The notes beneath the pieces are model-generated. The model saw only the letters and a program-made list of their open reading frames with translations, was not told where the DNA came from and did not search any database. Of a DNA stretch of 64,000 bases, positions 29,312-39,830 are shown piece after piece. Source of the DNA: Bacteroidales bacterium (GTDB lineage: Bacteria > Bacteroidota > Bacteroidia > Bacteroidales > VadinHA17). Position 1 is the stretch's first letter. Each line of letters begins with the position of its first letter. A program made the position numbers and the translations under genes. The stretch is from contig JBBQZN010000010.1 of assembly GCA_038207725.1 (NCBI GenBank), forward strand, positions 1,838-65,837. Direction: 5' to 3'.

Positions 29312-30928
29312 TTATACAAACATTGGTACCAGGCCGAATCTCTTTCCATCGAAAAGTCCTTTATCGCTTATTTTAAGTTCCGGTATCACAAGCAGAGCCA
29401 TAAAGGACAATGTCATAAACGGAGCTCTCATTTTTGAGCCCAGACTTATAACCAGTCCGTTCAGCTCTTCATAATCAGCGGCAACATCATCGCATGACCT
29501 GGTTGTCATAATGCCACCTATATTGAGTTGCAACGATTTAATAATTCCTGCATCACTTACTGCCAGTCCGCCATGCATTCTGACAACCTGGTTTATGGCA
29601 GAAACAATATCGTCATCATTTGTTCCAAGCGCAATAATATTATGACTGTCGTGAGCTACCGAACTGGCAAATGCTCCCTTCTGAAGTCCGAATCCCATAA
29701 TAAAACCGACAGCTGGCGGGGCGTCATTATATCTGTCTTTTACTACAATCTTAAGAACATCGTCATCAGCATCTGACCTGATTTCATCATAAGTTTTCCA
29801 GTCAAGCAAGATCTCTTTGGTGAGGAGCTCGCCTTCAAAGGCTTCAATTACCCTGTATTTTCCAGGCTTCCCCTGTACTTTTATCTGACTGGATTTAATT
29901 TCATTGCAATTAAATTTATTGACTCCTGCCCCCGGATTGTACGTAAATGTTTCTTTCCCATCAAAGAAAACCCTTATCCCGTCTATCCAGTTTTCGACAA
30001 CATTCATTGTTTCAAGACTGTCACAAAGAATAAAATCGGCCAGATCTCCCTTTCTTAGTAATCCGGCATTAAGATTATAATGCAATGCCGGATTAATTGT
30101 AGCGCATCTCAGCACATCAAACTTATCAAATCCCTCTTTAATCAGCCTGGCAATTATCTTATTAAGATGCCTCTTCTTTAGCATTTCAGGATGCAGATCA
30201 TCGCTGCAAAGCATAACCATTTCGGGTCTTTCAGCTATCATTTCCTTCAATGAATCGAGATTTCTGGCGGCACTGCCCTCCCTGATAAGAATCTTCATTC
30301 CAAGAGAACTCTTTTCTCTGGCTTCTTCCATTGAGATGCATTCATGATCAGTAGTAATTCCGGCATGAACATACTTTCTAAGCTCCTCTCCTTTCAGTCC
30401 CGGAGCATGCCCATCAACAGGCTTTCCGGCCTTACCAGCTGCTGAAATCTTATTCATTACCTCAGTATTCCTGAAAATAACACCGGGATAATTCATCATT
30501 TCTGACAGATAATATATGTCCGGATCATCAAGCAGCTGCTCAACAGCTTCATGGTTGAGTTCCGCCCCGCTGGTTTCAAATGAGGTTGCCGGAACGCAAG
30601 ATGGGGCACCGAACCAAAACTTTAGTGGCACCTTTTTCCCATCTTCTATCATAAATCTGACACCTTCCATTCCCAGAACATTTGCTATTTCATGCGGATC
30701 GGAAACTACGCCAGTTGTTCCATGCCTGACAGCCGCCATAGCAAATGCACCAGGTGTTATCATAGAACTTTCAATATGTACATGAGAGTCTATAAGTCCC
30801 GGAATAATATATAGCCCCCCCTCAACTTCGGTTCTTTCTATATCAGCAATTTTTCCGCCGACAACAGTTACAATGCCCGGATATATGCTCCTGCTGTGAA
30901 TATCCACAATTTGTCCGGAGATTTTCAT
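29312..30928 (-). CDS. ade: Adenine deaminase
   Basis: Amidohydrolase motif GLIDSHVHIESSM. Length of about 540 aa and the C-terminal domain are typical of Ade. Confidence 0.85.
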   Translation of the reverse strand: MKISGQIVDIHSRSIYPGIVTVVGGKIADIERTEVEGGLYIIPGLIDSHVHIESSMITPGAFAMAAVRHGTTGVVSDPHEIANVLGMEGVRFMIEDGKKVPLKFWFGAPSCVPATSFETSGAELNHEAVEQLLDDPDIYYLSEMMNYPGVIFRNTEVMNKISAAGKAGKPVDGHAPGLKGEELRKYVHAGITTDHECISMEEAREKSSLGMKILIREGSAARNLDSLKEMIAERPEMVMLCSDDLHPEMLKKRHLNKIIARLIKEGFDKFDVLRCATINPALHYNLNAGLLRKGDLADFILCDSLETMNVVENWIDGIRVFFDGKETFTYNPGAGVNKFNCNEIKSSQIKVQGKPGKYRVIEAFEGELLTKEILLDWKTYDEIRSDADDDVLKIVVKDRYNDAPPAVGFIMGFGLQKGAFASSVAHDSHNIIALGTNDDDIVSAINQVVRMHGGLAVSDAGIIKSLQLNIGGIMTTRSCDDVAADYEELNGLVISLGSKMRAPFMTLSFMALLVIPELKISDKGLFDGKRFGLVPMFV

Positions 30929-30957
30929 AATTAATATTTTTGTTTTTTAAAATAATT

Positions 30958-30973
30958 GTTCCACGTGGAACAA
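30958..30973. promoter_or_regulatory. Consensus parS site TGTTCCACGTGGAACA, embedded in a perfect 26-bp palindrome at 30952-30977
   Basis: 15/16 identity to the Bacillus subtilis parS TGTTCCACGTGAAACA. It is perfectly self-complementary and abuts or overlaps the mnmG stop codon. Confidence 0.75.
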
Positions 30974-32848
30974 TTATCTTCCCAGATACATTAATAGTAT
31001 ATTGACATCTGATGGAGAAACTCCGCTAATCCTACCCGCTTGTCCAATATTTGAAGGCTTAATTCTCTTGAGCTTTTGCCGGCCTTCAGTAGAAATTGAA
31101 ACCAGTTCACTATAATCTATGTCATCCGGAATTTTTAAACTCTCAAGTCTTTTAATTTTATCGGCCACAATCTTTTCCCTTACGATATAGCCTTCATACT
31201 TTATTCTGATTTCAGCTGATTCTGCTACCTCTGAGAATCTTCGTGAATTTACTGATTTTAACTCCGGACCTCCGGTAATCAATTTAAGAAGCGCTCTTAT
31301 TTCTACCTGGGGTCGTGAGGCAATAGTTATCGCCTTAGCTTTTTGGGTAATCTTGCTTGTATTAATACTCTCAAGGAAATCATTAATCTCATCCGGCTTG
31401 ATACTTACCTTTGAAAGAAAATCTATGATCTCCTTAATCAGATATTCCTTTTCTTCAAGTCTGTTAACCCTGGAAATATCTGCAGTACCAAGTTCGAAAG
31501 CTTTTCTTGTAAGTCTTTCGTCAGCGTTATCCTGTCGTAAAAGAATTCTGTATTCAGCTCTGGCGGTAAACATACGATAAGGTTCATCCACTCCTTTAGT
31601 AACAAGATCATCAATAAGGACCCCGATATAAGATTCATCACGTCCCATAACAAAGGGTTCCGAGCTTCTAAATTTAAGAACCGCATTAATTCCGGCAATC
31701 AAACCCTGGGCAGCGGCTTCTTCATAACCTGTTGTTCCATTAATCTGTCCGGCGAAATAAAGATTAGATATTCTTTTCGTTTCCAGAGTATTCTTTAGCT
31801 GTGTTGGCTGGAAAAAATCGTATTCAATGGCATAGCCAGGTCGGAAAATTCTTATATTCTCAAGTCCCTTGACTTTCTTTAAAGCATTTAACTGAACCTC
31901 GAGAGGCAAACTGCTTGCAAAACCATTAACATAGTACTCTACAGTTTCTCTTCCTTCTGGTTCCAAAAACAATTGGTGCGAATCCTTGTCCTTAAAAGTA
32001 ACTATTTTGTCCTCTATACTCGGGCAATATCTGGGTCCCCTGCCTTTGATTATACCTTTAAATAAAGGACTAAACTCCAATCCTTTTTTAAGCTCCTCAT
32101 GAACCTCAGGATTTGAATGAGTAATAAAACAACTCATCTGGTCCTGTAAAATTCTATTGTCATCAAGATACGAAAATGTTCGTCCTTCATCATCACCCTT
32201 TTGTTCTACAAGGTCTCCGAAATTTATACTGCGTCCATCCACCCTTGCACTTGTGCCCGTTTTCATCCTCTCAACAGAAAAACCAAGTTCCAAAAGTTGT
32301 TCACTTAATCCTGTTGATGCTTCATCTCCCGATCGTCCGCCTGTGATTCTTCTAAATCCAACATGCATTAAACCATTCAGAAAAGTTCCATTTGTCAAAA
32401 CGACTGCTTTAGAATAAAACCTGCTACCATATGCAGTTTCAACACCAACAACATTACTATCCTCGATAATTAGTTTTTTTGCCTGTTCCTGCCAGATATT
32501 AAGATTTTCCGTATTCTCAAGCACCTTTCTCCATTCAACAGTGAATCTCTGTCTGTCGCACTGTGCCCGCGGACTCCACATAGCAGGACCTTTAGATCTG
32601 TTAAGCATTCTGAACTGAATCATGCTGCGGTCTGTAACAATTCCGCTCATTCCTCCCAAAGCATCTATTTCGCGAACAATCTGTCCTTTTGCAATTCCTC
32701 CCATCGCCGGGTTACATGACATCTGTGCAAGCTTTGTCATGTCCATTGTTATGAGCAAAGTTTTTGCACCCATAACAGCGGCCGCATGTGCTGCTTCACA
32801 ACCAGCATGCCCTCCACCAACAACTATTATATCGTATTTAAAACTCAT
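30974..32848 (-). CDS. mnmG: tRNA uridine 5-carboxymethylaminomethyl modification enzyme MnmG (GidA)
   Basis: N-terminal FAD motif [16 protein letters not shown] and the conserved GidA core ([29 protein letters not shown]). Confidence 0.95.
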   Translation of the reverse strand: MSFKYDIIVVGGGHAGCEAAHAAAVMGAKTLLITMDMTKLAQMSCNPAMGGIAKGQIVREIDALGGMSGIVTDRSMIQFRMLNRSKGPAMWSPRAQCDRQRFTVEWRKVLENTENLNIWQEQAKKLIIEDSNVVGVETAYGSRFYSKAVVLTNGTFLNGLMHVGFRRITGGRSGDEASTGLSEQLLELGFSVERMKTGTSARVDGRSINFGDLVEQKGDDEGRTFSYLDDNRILQDQMSCFITHSNPEVHEELKKGLEFSPLFKGIIKGRGPRYCPSIEDKIVTFKDKDSHQLFLEPEGRETVEYYVNGFASSLPLEVQLNALKKVKGLENIRIFRPGYAIEYDFFQPTQLKNTLETKRISNLYFAGQINGTTGYEEAAAQGLIAGINAVLKFRSSEPFVMGRDESYIGVLIDDLVTKGVDEPYRMFTARAEYRILLRQDNADERLTRKAFELGTADISRVNRLEEKEYLIKEIIDFLSKVSIKPDEINDFLESINTSKITQKAKAITIASRPQVEIRALLKLITGGPELKSVNSRRFSEVAESAEIRIKYEGYIVREKIVADKIKRLESLKIPDDIDYSELVSISTEGRQKLKRIKPSNIGQAGRISGVSPSDVNILLMYLGR

Positions 32849-32858
32849 CTATCACATA

Positions 32859-33272
32859 TTAAAGTAAGCCCAGACAGTAATCCTCCATGTTTCTCATTAC
32901 TTTTTTCTGCCTGGCTGTTTTATCATAATAACCTGCCAGGTGAAGCACACCATGAATAATTACTCTGTTTAATTCCAGTCTTAAACTAACATTATAGTTT
33001 AAAGAATTCTCCTTTACGGTATCTAAACTTATATAAACTTCACCATTTACAGAGTTTCCCTCGTTATAGTCAAATGTTATAACATCTGTATTGTAATCAT
33101 GTTTAAGAAACTGAACATTAATTTTTCTTAATGTACTGTTATCGGTCAAAATAAAACTAAGGTCACCTGAAACCTTACCCTCTTTTCTGATGACCTCAAT
33201 AATTACATTTCTAATTTTTCTCCAGCCTTTAAGTCTGAAGTCTGTATTATCATAAAAAATCTTTATGCTCAA
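32859..33272 (-). CDS. ybeY: rRNA maturation endoribonuclease YbeY
   Basis: Zinc motif HGVLHLAGYYD. Confidence 0.9.
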   Translation of the reverse strand: MSIKIFYDNTDFRLKGWRKIRNVIIEVIRKEGKVSGDLSFILTDNSTLRKINVQFLKHDYNTDVITFDYNEGNSVNGEVYISLDTVKENSLNYNVSLRLELNRVIIHGVLHLAGYYDKTARQKKVMRNMEDYCLGLL

Positions 33273-33673
33273 GCTTTAATATTTTTGAAAGTCATGGTAA
33301 CCATATTACCCTTTTTACTGTATTTAATTTTGTCAGCAAGCTTCATCATCAGAAATACTCCTCTCCCGTTCAATGCCTCACGATTCTCTGGAAATGTAGG
33401 ATCGGGAACTTCCTCCGGCCTGAAACCCGGACCCTCATCGCTAACCATAATTTTGAGAATTTCCTCATCATAAGAAATGATGATGCTCACCTTCTTTGAG
33501 GGATCTGAACGGTTACCATGTAAAATAGCATTGTTAACGGCTTCGAGTGTTGAAACAAGGATCTTTCCATAGCATTCTCCGGAAATTCCAATTTCTCCAA
33601 TAGCTGTGTCAATAGCATTCTCAACAATTCTGATATTGCTGATTATTGATTCTATTCTGATTTTTTTGTACAT
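33269..33673 (-). CDS. RsbW-like anti-sigma regulatory factor / HATPase_c serine kinase-type ATP-binding protein
   Basis: N-box EAVNNAILHG, G1 DEGPGF and G2 NGRGVFLM. It overlaps ybeY by 4 bp. Confidence 0.7.
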   Translation of the reverse strand: MYKKIRIESIISNIRIVENAIDTAIGEIGISGECYGKILVSTLEAVNNAILHGNRSDPSKKVSIIISYDEEILKIMVSDEGPGFRPEEVPDPTFPENREALNGRGVFLMMKLADKIKYSKKGNMVTMTFKNIKA

Positions 33674-33724
33674 ACAACTATAAAGAACCTTTATACTGAA
33701 TAATCAGCTTTTTGTTACAAAATT

Positions 33725-34903
33725 CTATTTATTTTTAGAGATCCACGTTTCCGGATCCTGATATTTGGTTTCGAAAATCATAAACTTTAAGATACAGTTA
33801 TTGTTTTCCCGGGCATCGGAAAAGACCTCACCCAGCTCCTGTTTTACAGTCACCTTGTCGCCGCTTTTTACTTTAATATTAATCAGGTTGGTATATATAG
33901 AAAAATATTTTCCGTGTCGCAGCATGACTGTCATATTTGCCCCTGCCATCTGAAAAATTCTTACAACTTCCCCCTGAAAAACAGATCGTGCCATTGTTTT
34001 CCCCGCACTTGTTATCTCAATTCCAATGTTATTCTCTGAAACATACTTCAATACAGCATTTTTCTGTACTCCAAAATGACTGGTAATAATGCCCCTTTCA
34101 ACAGGCCAGGGAATTCGTCCCATGTTTTCAGCAAAATTATCACCAATAAGTTTCTGTTCAGGAGTACTTACAGCTTTTAATGCCTTCTTTCTCTCCTCCT
34201 CAATAATCTTTGCTATTTCAGTCTCTATTTTCTTTGCCAGCTTTTTCTTATCCTCCAGTTCCTTCTTCAACTGTTTCTCCTTGCTGTTCAATGATTTAAC
34301 CATTTTTTGCTTTCTCTCCTGTTCAGACTGCAAAATACCTTTCTGCTGCTCCTCCCTGGATTTTAAATCTGATATCTTAAATAAATCATTTTGCAGCCTT
34401 GTTTTGGTAATACCTATCTGACTTTTAAGCTCAATTATAATTTCAGCCTCGCGCCTTCTGAATTTAGTGATCTGTTGCAGATATTTCAACCGTTTATAGC
34501 CCTGATTGAAATCTCTGGCAGATAAAATATAAACCAATTCAGGATTTCCTTTTGAAGATTTATATGAATTTATAACTGCTCTGGCATAATCACGCTTTAA
34601 GTCGATCAGATCATCTTCCATCATATCAATAGCCAGTGTATTCAGATCGATTCTATAAGACAATAATGAAATCTCATCGCGCATTCCCTTAATAACAGAT
34701 TCTCTCAGAACTAGTTTATTGCCAATAATTTTTATAGCGCTCATGCTTTCCGATTTCTCTTTGCTGGTTGTCTTCAAGAGATTATCAACATAAGCGATTT
34801 CGTTTAAAGTTTTCGTACGCCGTTCCTCAAGTTCAGCTTTGCTTTGAGCTCTAAGAGAAGTACTAAAAATCAATACACTGAATAATACAATAAACACCTT
34901 CAT
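33725..34903 (-). CDS. EnvC-like murein hydrolase activator (coiled coil plus degenerate M23/LytM domain)
   Basis: Signal peptide, long K/E-rich coiled coil, and a C-terminal LytM fold that lacks the HxxxD and HxH metal ligands (NIGIEI, YTNL, LKFMIFE). Confidence 0.75.
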   Translation of the reverse strand: MKVFIVLFSVLIFSTSLRAQSKAELEERRTKTLNEIAYVDNLLKTTSKEKSESMSAIKIIGNKLVLRESVIKGMRDEISLLSYRIDLNTLAIDMMEDDLIDLKRDYARAVINSYKSSKGNPELVYILSARDFNQGYKRLKYLQQITKFRRREAEIIIELKSQIGITKTRLQNDLFKISDLKSREEQQKGILQSEQERKQKMVKSLNSKEKQLKKELEDKKKLAKKIETEIAKIIEEERKKALKAVSTPEQKLIGDNFAENMGRIPWPVERGIITSHFGVQKNAVLKYVSENNIGIEITSAGKTMARSVFQGEVVRIFQMAGANMTVMLRHGKYFSIYTNLINIKVKSGDKVTVKQELGEVFSDARENNNCILKFMIFETKYQDPETWISKNK

Positions 34904-35658
34904 AAAAGCTCTCTCCTTTCATATCTGGCTCCCGGAATAAACTCTATTTTCCCTGCATAATTGAAATTAATCTTTTTAATTTTAATCTCCACTTTTGCAG
35001 CACCTTCTTTATAATCCACTACGATTGAAGAAGGGAAAATTCCATAATCAGATCTCACAAATGAACTATAACTTACTTTCAACACAGACAGACCTGTTTC
35101 TTTTAAAATATTTGTTTCAATCAGTTTGTTGTTCCTGCAATTAACCAAGTAATTAAGCTTTCTTCCCCCTATGTTCACAATATAAGTCTTTAAATTAGCA
35201 ACACATTCTGATTCAATTGATTCTGCTGAGTTGCCAATATTAAGATCACCAAATAAAACAGGAATCATAAAATAGTCTATGCCGTATTTTCGTGATAAAC
35301 TATTTATTTCTCCGTAGTAAAAAATCTGATTCATTCTGTCGTTTGCCAGAACAGTATCCTTTGTTAAATAAATTCTTGCAGCCTCTATACCTGTTTTGCT
35401 CCTTATGCTTATAAGGTACTTACCCTCAACTTCGTATTTAACTGAGACAAAGAAACTTTGTGAATTTCCCTCTGAAACAAAGTCAACATCTGCTCGTTCA
35501 ATAAAAAAATTCTTTCTGGTAAGATTTGATTCAGATAATTTTGCTTCAGACCATGTACTATCAGAATCTGTAAAATCAGGAGACATGAGATTCCTTCTCG
35601 TTACTGAACATGACGAAATAATTGTAAAAATCAGTATAATGCTTCCTATTTTTCGCAA
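34900..35658 (-). CDS. DUF4292-family lipoprotein (LolB-like fold)
   Basis: Lipobox ISSC. It occupies the conserved position between the TPR protein and the M23 protein seen in Bacteroidota. Confidence 0.6.
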   Translation of the reverse strand: MRKIGSIILIFTIISSCSVTRRNLMSPDFTDSDSTWSEAKLSESNLTRKNFFIERADVDFVSEGNSQSFFVSVKYEVEGKYLISIRSKTGIEAARIYLTKDTVLANDRMNQIFYYGEINSLSRKYGIDYFMIPVLFGDLNIGNSAESIESECVANLKTYIVNIGGRKLNYLVNCRNNKLIETNILKETGLSVLKVSYSSFVRSDYGIFPSSIVVDYKEGAAKVEIKIKKINFNYAGKIEFIPGARYERRELL

Positions 35659-37370
35659 TCTTTTATCTCCTGAATCAGATGAGTTTTAGATGAATCTATA
35701 CTTATTGCAATCTCCCATTTCTCGACAGCCAGAGAGCATTTCTTCTGGCCCTTCAGAATATAACCGTAATGCTCATACCACTCAGCATCAGCCTTTTCGC
35801 CACTTCCTATTATTTTTTCCATAATTGCAGCGGCTTCTTTAAGTTTACCTCTTTTGTACAGTACCCATGCATAGGTATCCAGGAAAGTAGTGTTTTTCTC
35901 AGCCTTATCAACCACTTCTCTGGCCATCGCTTCTGCTTCTTTAAGTCTTACATTTTGTTCAGCAAGGTAATATGCATAGTTATTAAGGACAGTAAGATCA
36001 TCGCTGTTCTTTTTTACCGCCTCATCGAATACGGCGAATGCCTTATCAAATTGTTTATTTTTGTAATAAAGATCAGCCCTCATTGTAAGTACCTGCAATA
36101 ACAGATCATTATTATCACCTGCAAGGATTTCAGCTTTCCTAAGCTCCTCTTCGGCGATAGAAAATTTACCCTTTTCAATTGCTCCGCTTGCATATAGCAC
36201 TTTCGCCAAAAAAGATCTGTTAAATTTTGCTGAACACTCCTCGCCTCTTTTCATAAGCATATCAAAATTTTCAATCTGCAGATAGACGATCAACAATTTT
36301 TCCCAGGCATAATAATTATCCGGTTGAATTTTAATCAACTCCTCAAGCTTTTCAGCTGCCTCTTCAGGCTTTCCTTCCTTAATAAGAATTTCTGGCTTTA
36401 AAAGCACTATTATAGGATCATTTTTATATTCAGTCTCGAGAATCATAGTGCTTAAAATCATCTGATCAGAATGCTCTTTAATAATCTGCTCATTTTCAAT
36501 TAGCTGAGCCAGAAGTGATATTTTTTCTTCACGTGAAACCTTATCATTAATGAAAACCGTATTAAGCAAGGACATAAGATCCGCATAACTTTTTTCTTCC
36601 AGCAAAAATCCGCATAGAGCTAACTGTATTTGAGGATTATCAGGATTGCGTTCAATTAGCTGGCTATAAACTTTTCTGGCATTAGCGTTTTCACCTTTTT
36701 CCCTGTAAACCTCCGCCAAAAGACCATTATACAGTATCTCATCGGGCTTATTCTTCAGAAGCAGATTAACCTTACGAAGAGCTTCATCAAGCTTACCGCT
36801 TTCCATGAGATTCCTTACTGCAGCTGGTGTAGAGTTCTCATTAACACCATACTTAATATCTAATTTATCATAAAGACTTAGAGCCTGATCGTAATTCTTA
36901 TTCTCAGAATACAGGTTTCCAAGAGTAAGCTGCAGGTCTTCCTTTTCGGGATAAACCTTTACTGCTCTCTCGTAAAAATATATAGCACTGTCGAGATTTC
37001 TTTCCTGATAATAAATAGCTGATAACATCATCATATACCAAAGGTTAGAAGGATCGAGAGAGCTGGCCCTGTTCGCATATAGTTTTGCACCGTTAGCATT
37101 TTCTTTTGCGATAAGAATCTGTGCAATCTGAAAACATGACGCATCGCTGTTAGGGTTCAATTTTAAGGCCTGCTCAAAATATTTCAAAGCATCGCCTGTG
37201 TTTCCCATAAGCTTTTGCTTCAGTGCTTCCACATAAACATAATTGAAAGCGGAAAGATCTCCATCTTTAGAATTCTTTACCGAAGAAGATGACGGCGTAA
37301 GCTTTCTTCCACATGAAGAAAGACTAACTACAAATACCATAAACAGTAATACTCTATATATCAATTTCAT
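35646..37370 (-). CDS. Tetratricopeptide-repeat lipoprotein
   Basis: Lipobox LSSC and many TPR-like repeats (ALKYFEQALKLNPN, AIYFYERAVKVYPE and others). Confidence 0.8.
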   Translation of the reverse strand: MKLIYRVLLFMVFVVSLSSCGRKLTPSSSSVKNSKDGDLSAFNYVYVEALKQKLMGNTGDALKYFEQALKLNPNSDASCFQIAQILIAKENANGAKLYANRASSLDPSNLWYMMMLSAIYYQERNLDSAIYFYERAVKVYPEKEDLQLTLGNLYSENKNYDQALSLYDKLDIKYGVNENSTPAAVRNLMESGKLDEALRKVNLLLKNKPDEILYNGLLAEVYREKGENANARKVYSQLIERNPDNPQIQLALCGFLLEEKSYADLMSLLNTVFINDKVSREEKISLLAQLIENEQIIKEHSDQMILSTMILETEYKNDPIIVLLKPEILIKEGKPEEAAEKLEELIKIQPDNYYAWEKLLIVYLQIENFDMLMKRGEECSAKFNRSFLAKVLYASGAIEKGKFSIAEEELRKAEILAGDNNDLLLQVLTMRADLYYKNKQFDKAFAVFDEAVKKNSDDLTVLNNYAYYLAEQNVRLKEAEAMAREVVDKAEKNTTFLDTYAWVLYKRGKLKEAAAIMEKIIGSGEKADAEWYEHYGYILKGQKKCSLAVEKWEIAISIDSSKTHLIQEIKDCEK

Positions 37371-37374
37371 AATC

Positions 37375-38859
37375 TTACTTTTCCTCTGCGTTCGCTCTAA
37401 AAAATGTTGTAATTAATCTATCCCTGTATTGTGCGAATGCAATAAATATTAATATTAAAACTGTGTTTATACTAATCTCCCACGTTATGCTAGGGTAATT
37501 GAATGTTAATCCAAAAACTACAAATCCTATCGCTAAACCTGCATAGGGCAGTAGCTTTACCATATCATACTTAACTTTATAATGCTTTTCGGCAAAAACA
37601 AAAGACAATATTATCATCGACCCATAAGAGGCTATATGAGCCCAGGCAGAAGCCATATAGCCGAAAACAGGAATGAAAACTACATTAATTATAACTGTAA
37701 TAACTGCTCCTACAACAGTAATATAAACAGCATACCTTGTAAGGTCGTTAAGTTTATACCAGATACTATGGTTTACATATATACCGTAAAGAAGATAAGC
37801 CATACTTATAATTGGTACTATTATAATTGCTTCACGGTAGTTCTTTCCTACAATATATTGAAATACTGATATATACAAATTAATTCCCAGGAAAACAATT
37901 AGCATAATGATTATAAAATACTTCATAACAAAAGCATAGGTCTCCTTAGCGTCGGAGTGTTTAGCCCTTTCAAAAAAGAATGGTTCAGCGGCAAAACGGA
38001 ACATCTGTATGAATAAAGCCATCAGAACACCTATTTTATATACAGCTCCATAAACACCAACGGCATCCAGTCCTTCTTCACCTCCTATCATCCTTCTCAA
38101 GAGAATTTTATCTATTGCGTCATTGATCGAACCACTTAATCCTGCAAGCATCAGCGGAAAAGAATAGACAAGCATTCTTTTCCACAAACCAAAATCGAAT
38201 TTGAATTTGATTTTGAAAATATATGGGATAAGCATAACCAGCGTGGCAGCACTTGATATCAGGTTGGCGACAAAAATATATCCAATCTTATAATCAGGAT
38301 TATAAACTTTTCTAAACCATCCTGTACTGTTTTCATAGATTCGCGGCGCAATACTGAGAAGAAAAACGACAAGTCCAAGAGTAATAAGAACATTAATAAG
38401 CTTTATTGCGCTGAAATAAACCGGCCGGTTTTCCTTTCTTAGCCTGGCAAAAGGGATAGCCGTAAATGCATCCAGAGCAACAATAGCTGCAAACATCCTG
38501 ATATAGTCATGATTGCTGCTATAATTCATTGCTGCCGCAACAGGGCTAATGAATAAATTTACCAGTAACACAAATAGAAGTGAGGTAACAAACAGACTGA
38601 TAAGCGCAGTGCTGTAGACATTATCGGCATCTTCCTTCTTCTGAACAAATCTGAAAAAACCTGTTTCCATGCCATAAGTAAGAACCACCAGCAGAAGAAC
38701 CATCCAGGCATACAGTTCTGTTACAACACCATAATCTCCGGTATCAGTAAATATTCTTGTGTAAAAAGGTGTTAGCACAGCATAATGAAGAAACCTTGGA
38801 ACAATAGTACCAAGTCCGTAAATAACCGTCTGTCCTGCGAGTTTTCTAACCTCTTTCAC
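37375..38859 (-). CDS. MOP-superfamily polysaccharide/oligosaccharide flippase (Wzx/MurJ-like)
   Basis: 494 aa with about 14 TM segments and the N-terminal pattern LAGQTVIYGLGTIVPRFL typical of polysaccharide biosynthesis proteins. Confidence 0.7.
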   Translation of the reverse strand: MKEVRKLAGQTVIYGLGTIVPRFLHYAVLTPFYTRIFTDTGDYGVVTELYAWMVLLLVVLTYGMETGFFRFVQKKEDADNVYSTALISLFVTSLLFVLLVNLFISPVAAAMNYSSNHDYIRMFAAIVALDAFTAIPFARLRKENRPVYFSAIKLINVLITLGLVVFLLSIAPRIYENSTGWFRKVYNPDYKIGYIFVANLISSAATLVMLIPYIFKIKFKFDFGLWKRMLVYSFPLMLAGLSGSINDAIDKILLRRMIGGEEGLDAVGVYGAVYKIGVLMALFIQMFRFAAEPFFFERAKHSDAKETYAFVMKYFIIIMLIVFLGINLYISVFQYIVGKNYREAIIIVPIISMAYLLYGIYVNHSIWYKLNDLTRYAVYITVVGAVITVIINVVFIPVFGYMASAWAHIASYGSMIILSFVFAEKHYKVKYDMVKLLPYAGLAIGFVVFGLTFNYPSITWEISINTVLILIFIAFAQYRDRLITTFFRANAEEK

Positions 38860-38955
38860 AAGAAAATTTTGTTGACAAATATACTTTTAAACAAGGAATC
38901 ATATAAGATATTTAACTCCTTTTACCGAAAATTTCGTGTATCGTCCAAAGTTAAA

Positions 38956-38963
38956 TATCTTTG
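38956..38963 (+). promoter_or_regulatory. Candidate -7 box TAtcTTTG upstream of the cyclophilin gene
   Basis: Exact TAnnTTTG match 42 nt upstream of the ATG at 39005. Confidence 0.4.
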
Positions 38964-39004
38964 CATTCAGATTTTTAAACGTTATTAACCAAACTTAATT
39001 ATTC

Positions 39005-39820
39005 ATGAACAACCTTATTAAAAAACTACTTCTTGTGCCGGTAATGATATTTGCCATTTCGTGCAGCACAGCCGGCGACAATACCAATAGTTTTATAGAG
39101 ATTAAAACAACACTGGGAGATATTAAACTAAAGCTATATGATGAGACACCCTTACATCGTGATAATTTTATCAAACTAGTAAATTCAGGAGTTTATGATG
39201 GTGTTTCATTTCATAGGGTAATTAAAGAGTTCATGATACAAACCGGAGATCCTAAAACAAAACCGGCCGGATCAGCTCTCCTTGCTGATTCGTTGAACAG
39301 CTATACAATTCCGGCTGAAATTAACCGTCAGTTTATTCATAAAATGGGTGCTCTTGCAGCTGCCCGGCAGGGAAATGAAGTGAATCCCTTAATGCGTTCA
39401 TCGGGTACCCAGTTCTATATTGTTCAGGGTAAAAAATATACAACAGACGAATTACATATGTCAGAAATTCAAATCAATTCCAGCATCAAACAGCAGGTAT
39501 ATGCAAAAGTTATACGTGAAACTGCCGACAGCATTAAGGCGACAGGACAGCCACCTAATGATGGCATTTTACAGCAGGCTGTATCATTAAAAATGTTTGG
39601 ATTCCTGGCTTCCTACAAAGATTTCAGATATACTGAAGAACAGAGTAATGCTTACAAATCTTCAGGTGGTACTCCAAGGCTGGATGCTGCCTATACTGTT
39701 TTTGGTGAAGTTGTTTCGGGGCTCGATGTTGTTGATAAAATTGCAGCGGTTCCTGTTGATGGTTCCGACAAGCCGCTTAGTGATATCAGAATAATTAAAA
39801 TCAAGGTAGTAAAACAATAA
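39005..39820 (+). CDS. Cyclophilin-type peptidyl-prolyl cis-trans isomerase lipoprotein
   Basis: Lipobox AISC and the motifs FHRVIKEFMIQTGDP and GTQFYIV. Confidence 0.9.
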   Translation: MNNLIKKLLLVPVMIFAISCSTAGDNTNSFIEIKTTLGDIKLKLYDETPLHRDNFIKLVNSGVYDGVSFHRVIKEFMIQTGDPKTKPAGSALLADSLNSYTIPAEINRQFIHKMGALAAARQGNEVNPLMRSSGTQFYIVQGKKYTTDELHMSEIQINSSIKQQVYAKVIRETADSIKATGQPPNDGILQQAVSLKMFGFLASYKDFRYTEEQSNAYKSSGGTPRLDAAYTVFGEVVSGLDVVDKIAAVPVDGSDKPLSDIRIIKIKVVKQ

Positions 39821-39830
39821 TTTTTGTCTG

